From an uncultured Hyphomicrobiales bacterium (GTDB lineage: Bacteria; Pseudomonadota; Alphaproteobacteria; Rhodospirillales; 2-12-FULL-67-15), in NCBI GenBank assembly GCA_964412955.1, contig CAYPQV010000008.1, forward strand, positions 47,309 to 111,308: a DNA stretch of 64,000 bases, read 5' to 3'. The number at the start of each line of letters is the position of its first letter. Positions within the stretch are counted from its first letter, which is position 1. A program made the translations under genes and the position numbers. The notes below the pieces were generated by a model, which had not been told where the DNA came from, made no database searches, and saw nothing but the letters and a program-made list of their open reading frames with translations. Of the stretch, positions 17,104 to 27,243 are shown piece after piece.

Positions 17104-17928
17104 TCAGCCGAAGCGGCCGGTGATGTAGCCCTGGGTACGCGGCTCCCGGGGCGCGGTGAAGACGGCGTCGGTGGCGCCGTATTCTATCAGACGGCCGAGA
17201 TACATGAAGGCGGTATTGTCGGACACGCGCGCCGCCTGCTGCATGTTGTGGGTGACCAGCACGATGGTGTAGGTCCCGCTCAATTCGTCGATCAGTTCCT
17301 CGATCCGCGCGGTGGCGATGGGGTCGAGCGCGGAGCACGGCTCGTCCATCAGGAGCACCTCGGGATCGCCGGCCACGGCGCGGGCGATGCACAGACGCTG
17401 CTGCTGGCCGCCCGACAGGCCGAGCGCATTGTCCGACAGTCGGTCCTTGACCTCGTTCCACAGCGCCGCCGCGTTGAGGGCGCGCTCCGCCGTTTCCGCC
17501 AGCATCTTGCGGTTCCGCACGCCGTCGACCCGGAGGGGATAGATCACGTTCTCGAAGATCGACATCGGAAACGGATTGGGCTTCTGGAAGACCATGCCCA
17601 TGCGCTTGCGAAGCGCGATCACGTCGGTATCCCGCGCGTAGATGTCGCGGCCGTCGACCCGGATTTCTCCTTCGACCCTGAGGCCGTCGATCAGGTCGTT
17701 CATGCGGTTGATGGAGCGCAGCAGCGTGGATTTGCCGCAGCCCGAGGGGCCGATCAGGGCGGTGACCAAGCCGCGCTCGACCGCGAAGGAGACGTCGAAC
17801 AGCGCCCGGTTGTCGCCATACCAGAGATTGAATCCGATCATTTCCAGGTTTTGCCCCTGGCCGCCGGAGAGCGGGTGGCTGACCGTGGGGCCGAACTGGT
17901 TTTCCGACTCGGCGTTCATGACGTTCAT
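17104..17928 (-). CDS. pstB: Phosphate ABC transporter ATP-binding protein
   Basis: 274 aa. Walker [10 protein letters not shown], signature [10 protein letters not shown]-terminal ...T..YI.GRFG typical of PstB. Confidence 0.93.
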   Translation of the reverse strand: MNVMNAESENQFGPTVSHPLSGGQGQNLEMIGFNLWYGDNRALFDVSFAVERGLVTALIGPSGCGKSTLLRSINRMNDLIDGLRVEGEIRVDGRDIYARDTDVIALRKRMGMVFQKPNPFPMSIFENVIYPLRVDGVRNRKMLAETAERALNAAALWNEVKDRLSDNALGLSGGQQQRLCIARAVAGDPEVLLMDEPCSALDPIATARIEELIDELSGTYTIVLVTHNMQQAARVSDNTAFMYLGRLIEYGATDAVFTAPREPRTQGYITGRFG

Positions 17929-18032
17929 GCGCGATGCTTATCCGATGCGGCGGCTCGCGGCACGGAAAAATACCTTTCCGGGAGATCGGCGGGCATCCTG
18001 CCGGACTAAATCGATGGTCGTATGACCGTCGT

Positions 18033-18050
18033 GTGACACTTTATTGACAT
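18033..18050 (-). promoter_or_regulatory. Candidate Pho box (PhoB binding site) upstream of pstB
   Basis: The minus strand reads ATGTCAATAAAGTGTCAC. This is two TGTCA repeats 11 bp apart with an AT-rich spacer, matching the CTGTCAT-A(A/T)A(T/A)-CTGTCA(C/T) consensus. It lies ~105 nt upstream of the pstB ATG in an AT-rich patch. Confidence 0.55.
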
Positions 18051-18086
18051 AAACGTTGAGACGAGCCTCGTGGCCGGGATCGCCCG

Positions 18087-19160
18087 TCAAGTAACCTTCT
18101 CGCCCCCTGTCCCTCGCCCCGCAACGGGAACGTAGACGGTGAAGCGGCTGCCTTTGCCGATCTGGCTTTCGATCGCCAGACGGCCGCGATGGCGCCCGAC
18201 GATGTGCTTGACGATCGCGAGCCCGAGCCCGGTGCTGCCCAGCGCCTTGGCGCGTGCCTTGTCGACCCGGTAGAAGCGTTCGGTCAGGCGCGGCAGCGCG
18301 TCGGGAGGGATGCCGTCGCTCTCGTCGGCCACGCACGCGGCGACGCCGGGAACGCCGCGATCCGGAATGCGGTCGACGGCGCGCACAATGACGGCGATAC
18401 GCCCGCCGGCGCGGCCGTAGCGGATGGCGTTTTCGATCAGGTTGCGGAAAACCTGCGCCAGCTGGTCGGCGTCGCCGAGAACCGGCGGCACGTCGGCGGG
18501 GCAATCCAATTCGAGGCGCGCGCCGGTTTCCTTGGCGCGCACCGACAGAAGATCCATCGCGCCGCGGATCACCGTGCCGAGATCGACCGCGTCGCGGGGC
18601 GGGATGCGCTCCTCGACCTCGACCCGCGACAACGAAAGCAGATCGTCGATCAGACGGGCCATGCGGGCGGCCTCGGTGTGCATGATGCCGAGAAAGCGCC
18701 CGCGCGCCTCGACGTCGTCCTTGGCCGGGCCCTTGAGGGTCTCGATGAACCCGATCAGCGACGCGAGCGGCGAGCGAAGTTCATGGGACGCGTTGGCGAT
18801 GAAATCGGCGCGCATCCTTTCGGCCATGCGGATGGCGGTCAGGTCGTGCAGGGTGATGACCGCGGCGGGATTATCGACTCCATCCTCGCCGCGCACGGCG
18901 GCCGCGAACAGGCGATAGGTGGGCGAGCCGGGCACCGGAAGGAAAACCTCCGCCTCGCGCACGGCGGCGCCGCGCAAAACCGCGTCGACCGCCTCGAGCC
19001 CCGCCGGGTGGCGCAAGGTCACGGCAAAGTCGTTGCCGATCATCGGGCCGACGGAAAGTTCGCGCGCCGCCCGGTTGGCCGCGATCACGGACCGCTGCGC
19101 GTTCACCAGCAGCACCGGGTCGGGCATGCCGTCGAGGATGGCGATGACGAGGCCGTGCAT
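18087..19160 (-). CDS. phoR: PhoR-like sensor histidine kinase (PAS + HisKA + HATPase_c), apparently cytoplasmic
   Basis: H-box FIANASHELRSPL plus N, G1 and G2 boxes. N-terminal PAS-like segment with no hydrophobic helices. Start is ATG 19160 (MHGLV...) or TTG 19196. Confidence 0.8.
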   Translation of the reverse strand: MHGLVIAILDGMPDPVLLVNAQRSVIAANRAARELSVGPMIGNDFAVTLRHPAGLEAVDAVLRGAAVREAEVFLPVPGSPTYRLFAAAVRGEDGVDNPAAVITLHDLTAIRMAERMRADFIANASHELRSPLASLIGFIETLKGPAKDDVEARGRFLGIMHTEAARMARLIDDLLSLSRVEVEERIPPRDAVDLGTVIRGAMDLLSVRAKETGARLELDCPADVPPVLGDADQLAQVFRNLIENAIRYGRAGGRIAVIVRAVDRIPDRGVPGVAACVADESDGIPPDALPRLTERFYRVDKARAKALGSTGLGLAIVKHIVGRHRGRLAIESQIGKGSRFTVYVPVAGRGTGGEKVT

Positions 19161-19231
19161 GGTGCCGAGGCTGCCAGAGCGCGCTTCGCCCGGCAAGAGT
19201 TAGGCGGCAAGGGCTGGGCGGCAAAAGCGGG

Positions 19232-19729
19232 CTAGCGGGCCGGAGGTCGTATCGACCGCCCGGCCTCGGCGGGGCGGGGTCGCGCCCCGTGCCGGTCGGC
19301 CAGGGCGCGAAGGCGCGCGAGCGCCGGCGCGGGAAACGGCGCCGCCCGGCGGGCGGCCATATCCATATGCAGGCCGAGGAATTCGTAGGTGGCGGCGAGT
19401 TCGCCGCCGACGGCACGGGTCATGCGCGAAAACCCGTGCAGCCGCTTGTCGTCGTAACCGAGGATTTCGGTTTCGACTCGCAGGTCGTCGCCGAGGCGAA
19501 GCTCGCGCCGATAGACGACGTGGGACTCGACGATGAAGAACGATCCCTTCGCGTCGCGCCGGTACGCTTCGCCGATACCGAGGGCGTCGAGCAGCTTGTC
19601 GGTGGCATGATCGAAGGCGAGCACGTAGTAGGCGACGTTCATGTGGCCGTTGTAGTCGATCCATTCGGACCGCACGGTTTCCTCGTGCGGCACCGGCGTC
19701 GGCGGGGATTCGGGCGCGGTTGGCGGCAT
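19232..19729 (-). CDS. Hotdog-fold acyl-CoA thioesterase (4HBT/YbgC-like)
   Basis: ATG at 19729 (MPPTAPES...), preceded by a GA-rich stretch (GGAAGAGG) that may act as a weak RBS. ...DYNGHMNVAYY... matches the hotdog thioesterase pattern. Confidence 0.7.
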   Translation of the reverse strand: MPPTAPESPPTPVPHEETVRSEWIDYNGHMNVAYYVLAFDHATDKLLDALGIGEAYRRDAKGSFFIVESHVVYRRELRLGDDLRVETEILGYDDKRLHGFSRMTRAVGGELAATYEFLGLHMDMAARRAAPFPAPALARLRALADRHGARPRPAEAGRSIRPPAR

Positions 19730-19838
19730 CGGAGCCTCTTCCTTGGCGGCCTGCGAATTATGCCGACCGGGCCCGCCGCCGCCCAGCATCCCGATCGGAA
19801 TTTTTCCGGCTGGAACGACGCAAGCCCATGATCCGAAA

Positions 19839-19853
19839 AAGGAATTATTCCTT
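19839..19853. promoter_or_regulatory. Perfect 7-1-7 palindrome AAGGAAT-t-ATTCCTT upstream of the GT2 operon
   Basis: Read directly from the sequence. Lies ~60 bp upstream of the ATG at 19912, in the divergent thioesterase/GT2 intergenic region. The binding factor is unknown. Confidence 0.3.
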
Positions 19854-19911
19854 GCCCCGGCCTTGGGCCCGGTGCGATAAGCGGGACGCGCGGGAGCCAA
19901 GGCTTCCGCCG

Positions 19912-20712
19912 ATGGCCATGCAGACGCACTCTCCCGTATCCCCCGGCCCTTCCGCTTCCGGCGCGCGCCCGCCCGCCATGAGCGTCGTCGTGCCGCTGCT
20001 CAACGAGGCCGAGAACGTGGTGCCGCTCGTCGCCGAGATCGCGCAAGCGCTTGCCGGCCGCGCCGACGCCGAAATCGTGTGCGTGGATGACGGCTCCGGC
20101 GACGGCACCGCCGACCGGGTGCGGACGGCGATGCGGACGATTCCCTCCCTCCGCCTGGTGCGCCACGCGCGGCGCGCGGGCCAGAGCGCGGCCATCGTCA
20201 CCGGCGTCCGGTTCGCGCGCGGCGATGTCGTCGTCACCCTCGACGGCGACGGCCAGAACGACCCCGCCGACATCCCGCGCCTGCTCGACGCCTGGCTCGC
20301 CGAGGCCGATCGGGAAACATTGATGATCGTCGGCTGGCGCACTCGGCGTCGCGATTCCGCGATCAAGCGCCTGTCGTCCCGCATCGCCAACGCGGTGCGC
20401 GCGCGCGCGCTCGGCGACCAAACGCCCGACACCGGCTGCGGGCTGAAGGTGTTTTCGCGCGCTGCGTTTCTCGCGTTCCCCGCCTTCGATCACATGCACC
20501 GGTTCCTGCCCGCGCTGATGCGGCGGGCGGGCGGTCGCGTCCGCTCCATCCACGTCCACCACCGCCCGCGCCAGCGCGGCCGGTCCAACTACGGAACCTG
20601 GGACCGGCTGTGGGCCGGCCTGGTCGACCTCGTCGGCGTGGTGTGGCTCAAGCGGCGGCGGCTCGATCCCGACGCGCGCGAGGATGGGCGCCCGGAGGAT
20701 TCGATCTCGTGA
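19912..20712 (+). CDS. GT2 polyprenyl-phosphate glycosyltransferase (ArnC/DPM1/GtrB-like)
   Basis: SVVVPLLNEAENV, VDDGSGDGT and LDGDGQNDP (DXD) motifs, plus a C-terminal hydrophobic segment. Alternative start at ATG 19978. Confidence 0.85.
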   Translation: MAMQTHSPVSPGPSASGARPPAMSVVVPLLNEAENVVPLVAEIAQALAGRADAEIVCVDDGSGDGTADRVRTAMRTIPSLRLVRHARRAGQSAAIVTGVRFARGDVVVTLDGDGQNDPADIPRLLDAWLAEADRETLMIVGWRTRRRDSAIKRLSSRIANAVRARALGDQTPDTGCGLKVFSRAAFLAFPAFDHMHRFLPALMRRAGGRVRSIHVHHRPRQRGRSNYGTWDRLWAGLVDLVGVVWLKRRRLDPDAREDGRPEDSIS

Positions 20713-21455
20713 ATTCCCGCCCCGCCAGCGGACGGCTCGTGCTGCGCAGCGCGGCCCTATTCCTGTCCCTCGTCGTCGTCGGCGCTGCGCTGCACGTTTC
20801 GGGGCTGGCGGGCATGCTCGACGAAAAATGGATCGACACCTACGTGCGCGGCCAGGGCCTGCGCGGCGAAGCGCTGTTCATCGTCGCGGGCACCCTGTTC
20901 GTCGCGGTCGGCCTGCCCCGGCAGCTCGTCGCCTTTCTCGCTGGGTACGCCTTCGGTTTCATCGCCGGCAGCGCGCTCGCCCTGGTCGCGGCCGCGTTCG
21001 GCTGCACCGCGGCGTTCGCCTATGCGCGCCTGTTCGGTCGCGAATTGGTGGCGGCGCGGTTTCCGGCGCGGGTGCGCCGGATCGACGATTTTCTCGCCGA
21101 AAATCCGTTCACCATGACGTTGCTGATCCGGTTCCTGCCGATCGGCAGCAACCTGATCACCAACCTCGCCGCCGGCGTGTCGCGCGTGCCGCCGGTTCCG
21201 TTCGTCGCCGGATCCGCCGTCGGATACATCCCGCAGACCGTCGTGTTCGCGCTGGTCGGCAGCGGCGTCGCCGTCGATCTCGCGTCGCGCGTGATTCTGG
21301 GCGCCGCGCTGTTCGCGGCATCGGGCATTCTCGGCGTTTATCTCTACCGCCGCCATCACGGCGCCAAGACCCTGGGCGACGAGCTGGAGCGCGAGCTCGA
21401 TCCCGATTCCGCCGACGCCGCGGGCGCGGACCGCGACGACGGCACGAGACGATGA
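20709..21455 (+). CDS. TVP38/TMEM64 (DedA-superfamily, SNARE-associated) membrane protein
   Basis: GTG start overlaps the GT2 stop (GTGA). Multi-pass membrane protein with a TVP38-type core: LP.Q...FLAGY.FG...G and ...RF.P.G.....NL.AG.S.V....F...S..G..P. Confidence 0.75.
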   Translation: MNSRPASGRLVLRSAALFLSLVVVGAALHVSGLAGMLDEKWIDTYVRGQGLRGEALFIVAGTLFVAVGLPRQLVAFLAGYAFGFIAGSALALVAAAFGCTAAFAYARLFGRELVAARFPARVRRIDDFLAENPFTMTLLIRFLPIGSNLITNLAAGVSRVPPVPFVAGSAVGYIPQTVVFALVGSGVAVDLASRVILGAALFAASGILGVYLYRRHHGAKTLGDELERELDPDSADAAGADRDDGTRR

Positions 21456-23119
21456 TGCCGCGCGGGGCTTTCCCGGTCACTCTGGCTTGGGCGGTCGGCT
21501 GGATCGCCGTGGTCGCGGCGGGGATTTTCCTGCGCCCGCACCTGCCGGTGGACGAAACCCGCTATCTCGCCGTCGCCTGGGAAATGTGGCGCGATCGCGG
21601 TTTCCTCGTGCCCCATCTCAACGGCGAGACTTACAGCCACAAGCCGCCGCTGCTGTTCTGGCTGATGCATCTCGGCTGGAGCATCTTCGGCGTCAACGAC
21701 TGGACGCCGCGCCTGGTCGCGCCCCTGTTCGGGTTCGGCACGCTGATATTGACCGGCGCGCTCGCGGCCCGCCTGTGGCCGGAGGACGCGCGCGCCGCGC
21801 GGCTCGCGCCCGCGCTTCTGTTCGGTTCCGTTTTTTTCGCCTTGTTTACGACCCTCACCATGTTCGATCTGATCCTCGGGTTTTTCGCGGTGCTCGGCCT
21901 GCTCGGCTTGGTGATCGCGGTCGAAGGCCGTTGGGGCCGGGGCATGGCGATCTGCGGCATCGCGCTCGGGTTCGGCGTGCTCGCGAAGGGCCCCGCGATT
22001 CTTCTCCATGTTCTGCCCGCCGCCCTCGCCGCACCCTTGTGGGCGCCGCATCTATCCCGTCCGCGCCTTCCGCGCTGGGGGCGATGGTATGCCGGCGTTC
22101 TCGGCGCGGTGCTGCTGGGAGCGGCGATCGCGCTCGCCTGGGCGGTCCCGGCGGCGATCGCCGGCGGCCCGGCGTTCGCGCACGAGCTGTTCATCGGCCA
22201 ATCGGCGGGCCGCATGGTCGAATCGTTCGCCCATAAACGTCAGGTCTGGTGGTATGCCGCGTGGCTGCCCGTCCTGCTGCTGCCGTGGACGCTATGGTCG
22301 ATTCCCTGGCGCGCCTTCGCGCGCGCGGGACTCGGCGCCCCCGCCGGGACCGATGGCGGGGTTCGCCTGATTGCCGTCTGGTTTACCGTCGCGTTCCTGG
22401 CGTTCTCGTTCATCAGCGGCAAGCAATTGCACTATCTCCTGCCCGAGTTTCCGGCGCTGGCGCTGTTTATGGCGCGGTTCGCGTCCAAATCCGCCGCCGC
22501 GCCCCCGTCGCAAATCGGGCGGTTCGGCGCGGGGGCGCCGGCACTCGCCCTGTTCGCCGTCGCCGTGGCCGCCGCTTTGCTGCCGTTCCTGCCCGGAACT
22601 GGCAAGCTGGTCGCCCGTCTCGCCGGCGTCGAGTTCCTCTGGATGGCGCTGCCGGCTTTCGCCGCCCTCGTCACCGCGATCTTCGCGTGGCGCGTCCGCC
22701 CGGCCGCGCCCGAAACCACGGTCGGAAGCGGCGCGGCGTTGATGGCGCTCCTGGTGGTCGCGGTGCATCTGGCCGCGCATCCGCTGCTCGCACAGGCGCA
22801 CGATCTCACCCCGACCGCCCGACGCCTCAAGGCCTGGGAGAACGCCGGCGAGGCGATCGCCCATGTCGCCAAATACCACGGTCAGTTCCATTTCGCCGGG
22901 CGTCTGGAGAGGCCGATCACCGTCATCGGACTCACCGAAAGCGATTCCCGGGACTGGCTCGCCGCCCACGCCCGGGGCAAGGTGGTCTCCTATCGTGAAT
23001 GGTTGCCGCCCGCGGGCGAGCCTCAGCCGCTCTCCGCCGACCCGTTCCGCGACGGTTGGGTCGTGATTTGGGACCGCGATCAACTGGCCCAATACCCCCG
23101 TTCGGTCTATCGCGATTAA
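21452..23119 (+). CDS. GT39 / ArnT-like GT-C glycosyltransferase (polyprenyl-phosphate-sugar dependent)
   Basis: ATG overlaps the preceding stop (ATGA). First-loop motif PVDETRYLAVAWEMW, then YSHKPPLLFW. About 12 predicted TM helices plus a C-terminal soluble domain. Confidence 0.8.
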   Translation: MMPRGAFPVTLAWAVGWIAVVAAGIFLRPHLPVDETRYLAVAWEMWRDRGFLVPHLNGETYSHKPPLLFWLMHLGWSIFGVNDWTPRLVAPLFGFGTLILTGALAARLWPEDARAARLAPALLFGSVFFALFTTLTMFDLILGFFAVLGLLGLVIAVEGRWGRGMAICGIALGFGVLAKGPAILLHVLPAALAAPLWAPHLSRPRLPRWGRWYAGVLGAVLLGAAIALAWAVPAAIAGGPAFAHELFIGQSAGRMVESFAHKRQVWWYAAWLPVLLLPWTLWSIPWRAFARAGLGAPAGTDGGVRLIAVWFTVAFLAFSFISGKQLHYLLPEFPALALFMARFASKSAAAPPSQIGRFGAGAPALALFAVAVAAALLPFLPGTGKLVARLAGVEFLWMALPAFAALVTAIFAWRVRPAAPETTVGSGAALMALLVVAVHLAAHPLLAQAHDLTPTARRLKAWENAGEAIAHVAKYHGQFHFAGRLERPITVIGLTESDSRDWLAAHARGKVVSYREWLPPAGEPQPLSADPFRDGWVVIWDRDQLAQYPRSVYRD

Positions 23120-23149
23120 CTTTCCCCTGAAATTCGGCGGCCTTTGCGC

Positions 23150-23178
23150 TTGACAGAAGGCTCCCGGCTCATTAAATC
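23150..23178 (+). promoter_or_regulatory. Candidate sigma70-type promoter of groESL
   Basis: TTGACA (23150-23155), 17-nt spacer, TAAATC (23173-23178), immediately upstream of CIRCE. Confidence 0.5.
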
Positions 23179-23179
23179 G

Positions 23180-23206
23180 CTGGCACTCGATGTGGGCGAG
23201 TGCTAG
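23180..23206 (+). promoter_or_regulatory. CIRCE operator (HrcA binding site)
   Basis: CTGGCACTC-N9-GAGTGCTAG, matching the TTAGCACTC-N9-GAGTGCTAA consensus. Lies ~50 nt upstream of groES. Confidence 0.85.
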
Positions 23207-23254
23207 TAGTTATCTAACCCATTGTAAACAAACGAACATCAAGGAGATTCGCCA

Positions 23255-23557
23255 ATGAAGTTCAGGCCGTTGCACGACCGCGTTCTGGTGAAGCGGATCG
23301 AGCAGGAAGAACGGACCAAGGGCGGAATCATCATTCCCGATACCGCCAAGGAAAAGCCGATGGAAGGCCGGGTGGTCGCCGCCGGCAGCGGCAGCCGCAG
23401 CGAAGACGGGAAGATCACGCCGCTCGACGTCAAGGCCGGGGATCGCATCCTGTTCGGCAAGTGGTCCGGCACCGAAGTCAAGATGGACGGCGACGAGCTG
23501 TTGATCATGAAGGAATCCGACATCCTCGGCATCGTCGAAGAAAGCAAGAAGAAGTAA
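23255..23557 (+). CDS. groES: Co-chaperonin GroES
   Basis: 100 aa. [14 protein letters not shown]...[15 protein letters not shown]. Confidence 0.97.
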   Translation: MKFRPLHDRVLVKRIEQEERTKGGIIIPDTAKEKPMEGRVVAAGSGSRSEDGKITPLDVKAGDRILFGKWSGTEVKMDGDELLIMKESDILGIVEESKKK

Positions 23558-25249
<1,692 letters not shown>

Positions 25250-25270
25250 TTCGCCCGGCGAATGATCGAG

Positions 25271-25306
25271 AAGAAGCCGCCCGGCGACGGGCGGCTTCTT
25301 TTTTTC
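25271..25306 (+). terminator. Rho-independent terminator of groESL
   Basis: 12-bp stem AAGAAGCCGCCC / GGGCGGCTTCTT, 6-nt loop, followed by a T-run. Confidence 0.85.
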
Positions 25307-25365
25307 GCGTCTGCGTTGCCGCCCGGACCGGAACCCTTTAGGGTTCAGGCGGCTTTATTTCCGAC

Positions 25366-27243
25366 ATGATTTCCCATCTTCGCCTGTTGCTGGAAGGTCC
25401 CGACCAAGCCGTCGTGCTGGGCGCGGCGGCGGTTGCGTTCGTCCTGCTCGCGGCGCTCGGGCGCGCGGCCGCCGGCCCGCGCGCGCTACCCGAAGCGACG
25501 ATCATCTTCGGCTGGTCGGCCGCCGCGGCCGTTTTTCTCGTTCCCGCCGTTTTATTCGGCGTCGGGTTCGCCGCGACGGGCTGGGCCGCGCTCGGTCTCG
25601 GCGCGGCCGCGCTATCGTGGCTTGCCGTGAGGCGCGAGATGCCCGTTGCCCCGATTCTGGCGCGCGCGGCCATCGTCGCGTTGCCGCTGCTGCTGATCGC
25701 CGCCGCCCACCGCGCATCCGAATGGGACGAGTTTTCCCATTGGGCCGGCGCGGTGCGCTACCTGATCGAAAAGAACGCCCTGCCCACCCGCGCCGATCCC
25801 GAGCACGGGTTGATTTTGCCGGCCTACCCGTTCGCCTTTCCGATCCTGGGCGCGATCATTTCCCAGATTGCCGGGCGGTTCCACGAGGCGGCCGGGGCGG
25901 TCGCCAACGTCGTTCTGCTGCTCGGCTACGGAGCGCTCGCCGTGCGCCTCGCCGCCATCGGCGCCGGACGGGCGACGGGCCGGACGGAAACCTCGCCGCT
26001 TCCCTTCGCCGCGTGGACGGCGGCCGCCTTCGCCGTGGCGGCGGGCACGATCCTCAATCCCTCCTTCGTCCAGAAGATCGTGCTCACCAACTACGCCGAC
26101 ACCTCGACCGGGGTCGTGGCCGCGTTCGCTGGCGTACTGGCGTGGCTCGCGATTGAGGCTCTGGCGGAGGGCCGGGACGACGACGCCCGCGCGTTGGCCT
26201 GGCAGCTCGGACTCACGGGGATGCTGTTCGTCGCCATCAAGCCAGTCAACCTCGGCATCCTGGTCCTGGTATTCGCATCCGCCGCTGTCGTCGCCCTGCG
26301 CGATCCGGCGATAAAACCGGGAAAACTCCTTGCGCTCGTGCCGGCGGCGGTCGCGCCGCCGATCCTGATGCACGTGTTGTGGCGCTACCACGTTTCCGTG
26401 TCCCTCGGCGGAACCGGCGAGGTCGCCTTGATGCCCGCATCGCAGTGGATGCTGAGCGAGGCGCCCGCGATCCTTCTGCGCATGGCGACCATCGCGGCCA
26501 AGAAGGGCGTCTACTTCGGCCTGATGCTGGTCGCCGTGGGCCTGGCCCTGCGCGCCCTTTGGCGCTGCCGCAACCCACTCGACCGGTTTGCCTTGATCGC
26601 CGTCCTGCCGTTCCTCGGCTACAACGCCTTTCTGCTGTTCGCCTACATCGCCATTTTCGGCGAATTCGACGGTTTGCGCGCGGCATCTTTCTGGCGCTAC
26701 AACATGCACCTTTCGCTCCTTGGCGCCGCGTTCTTCGCCTACCTCGCCGGCGTCCTGTGGCGGCGGTTCCGCGCCGAGCGGCCGTTGCCGCGCGCGGTCG
26801 GGACCGGCGTTCTCGTGCTCGTGATCGCGTTGCCGATCGCGCTCGCGCCCAAGCTGCGATTCGACCTGGAACCGCCGAAGCCGCACTTTCGCGCGGTCGC
26901 CGAAGCGCTCAACGGCGTGGTGCCGCGCGAGGCGCGCTTGCTGGTGTTCGACGTCGGGGGCAGCGGCGAGTCGGGCGTGATAACTTTCTATCACCTGCGC
27001 CGGGCCGATTCCCGTCTCTCCTATGCTTCGGCTTTCCACGCAATCGATTTGGCGAAAATCAAAAAATTGTTTGCCGACGATCCGCCGGATTTCGCTTTGG
27101 TCCATTCCGGCGCCGATCTCGTCGCCGCGGCGACCGGTTTGACCCTGGGCGAAGGCGAATCGTTTCTTTTGCGCCGCGTCGACGGCAAGTGGAGCGTGGT
27201 CAACCGCTGGCCTTACCCCGGTCCGCGATCGGTCCGGCCGTGA
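25366..27243 (+). CDS. Polytopic membrane protein of unknown function, GT-C-like architecture
   Basis: 625 aa. More than 12 hydrophobic helices, followed by a ~150-aa C-terminal soluble domain. An early loop carries SEWDEFSHWAGAVRYL, which resembles the DE..(Y/H) loop motif of ArnT/PMT enzymes. No confident family assignment. Confidence 0.45.
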   Translation: MISHLRLLLEGPDQAVVLGAAAVAFVLLAALGRAAAGPRALPEATIIFGWSAAAAVFLVPAVLFGVGFAATGWAALGLGAAALSWLAVRREMPVAPILARAAIVALPLLLIAAAHRASEWDEFSHWAGAVRYLIEKNALPTRADPEHGLILPAYPFAFPILGAIISQIAGRFHEAAGAVANVVLLLGYGALAVRLAAIGAGRATGRTETSPLPFAAWTAAAFAVAAGTILNPSFVQKIVLTNYADTSTGVVAAFAGVLAWLAIEALAEGRDDDARALAWQLGLTGMLFVAIKPVNLGILVLVFASAAVVALRDPAIKPGKLLALVPAAVAPPILMHVLWRYHVSVSLGGTGEVALMPASQWMLSEAPAILLRMATIAAKKGVYFGLMLVAVGLALRALWRCRNPLDRFALIAVLPFLGYNAFLLFAYIAIFGEFDGLRAASFWRYNMHLSLLGAAFFAYLAGVLWRRFRAERPLPRAVGTGVLVLVIALPIALAPKLRFDLEPPKPHFRAVAEALNGVVPREARLLVFDVGGSGESGVITFYHLRRADSRLSYASAFHAIDLAKIKKLFADDPPDFALVHSGADLVAAATGLTLGEGESFLLRRVDGKWSVVNRWPYPGPRSVRP

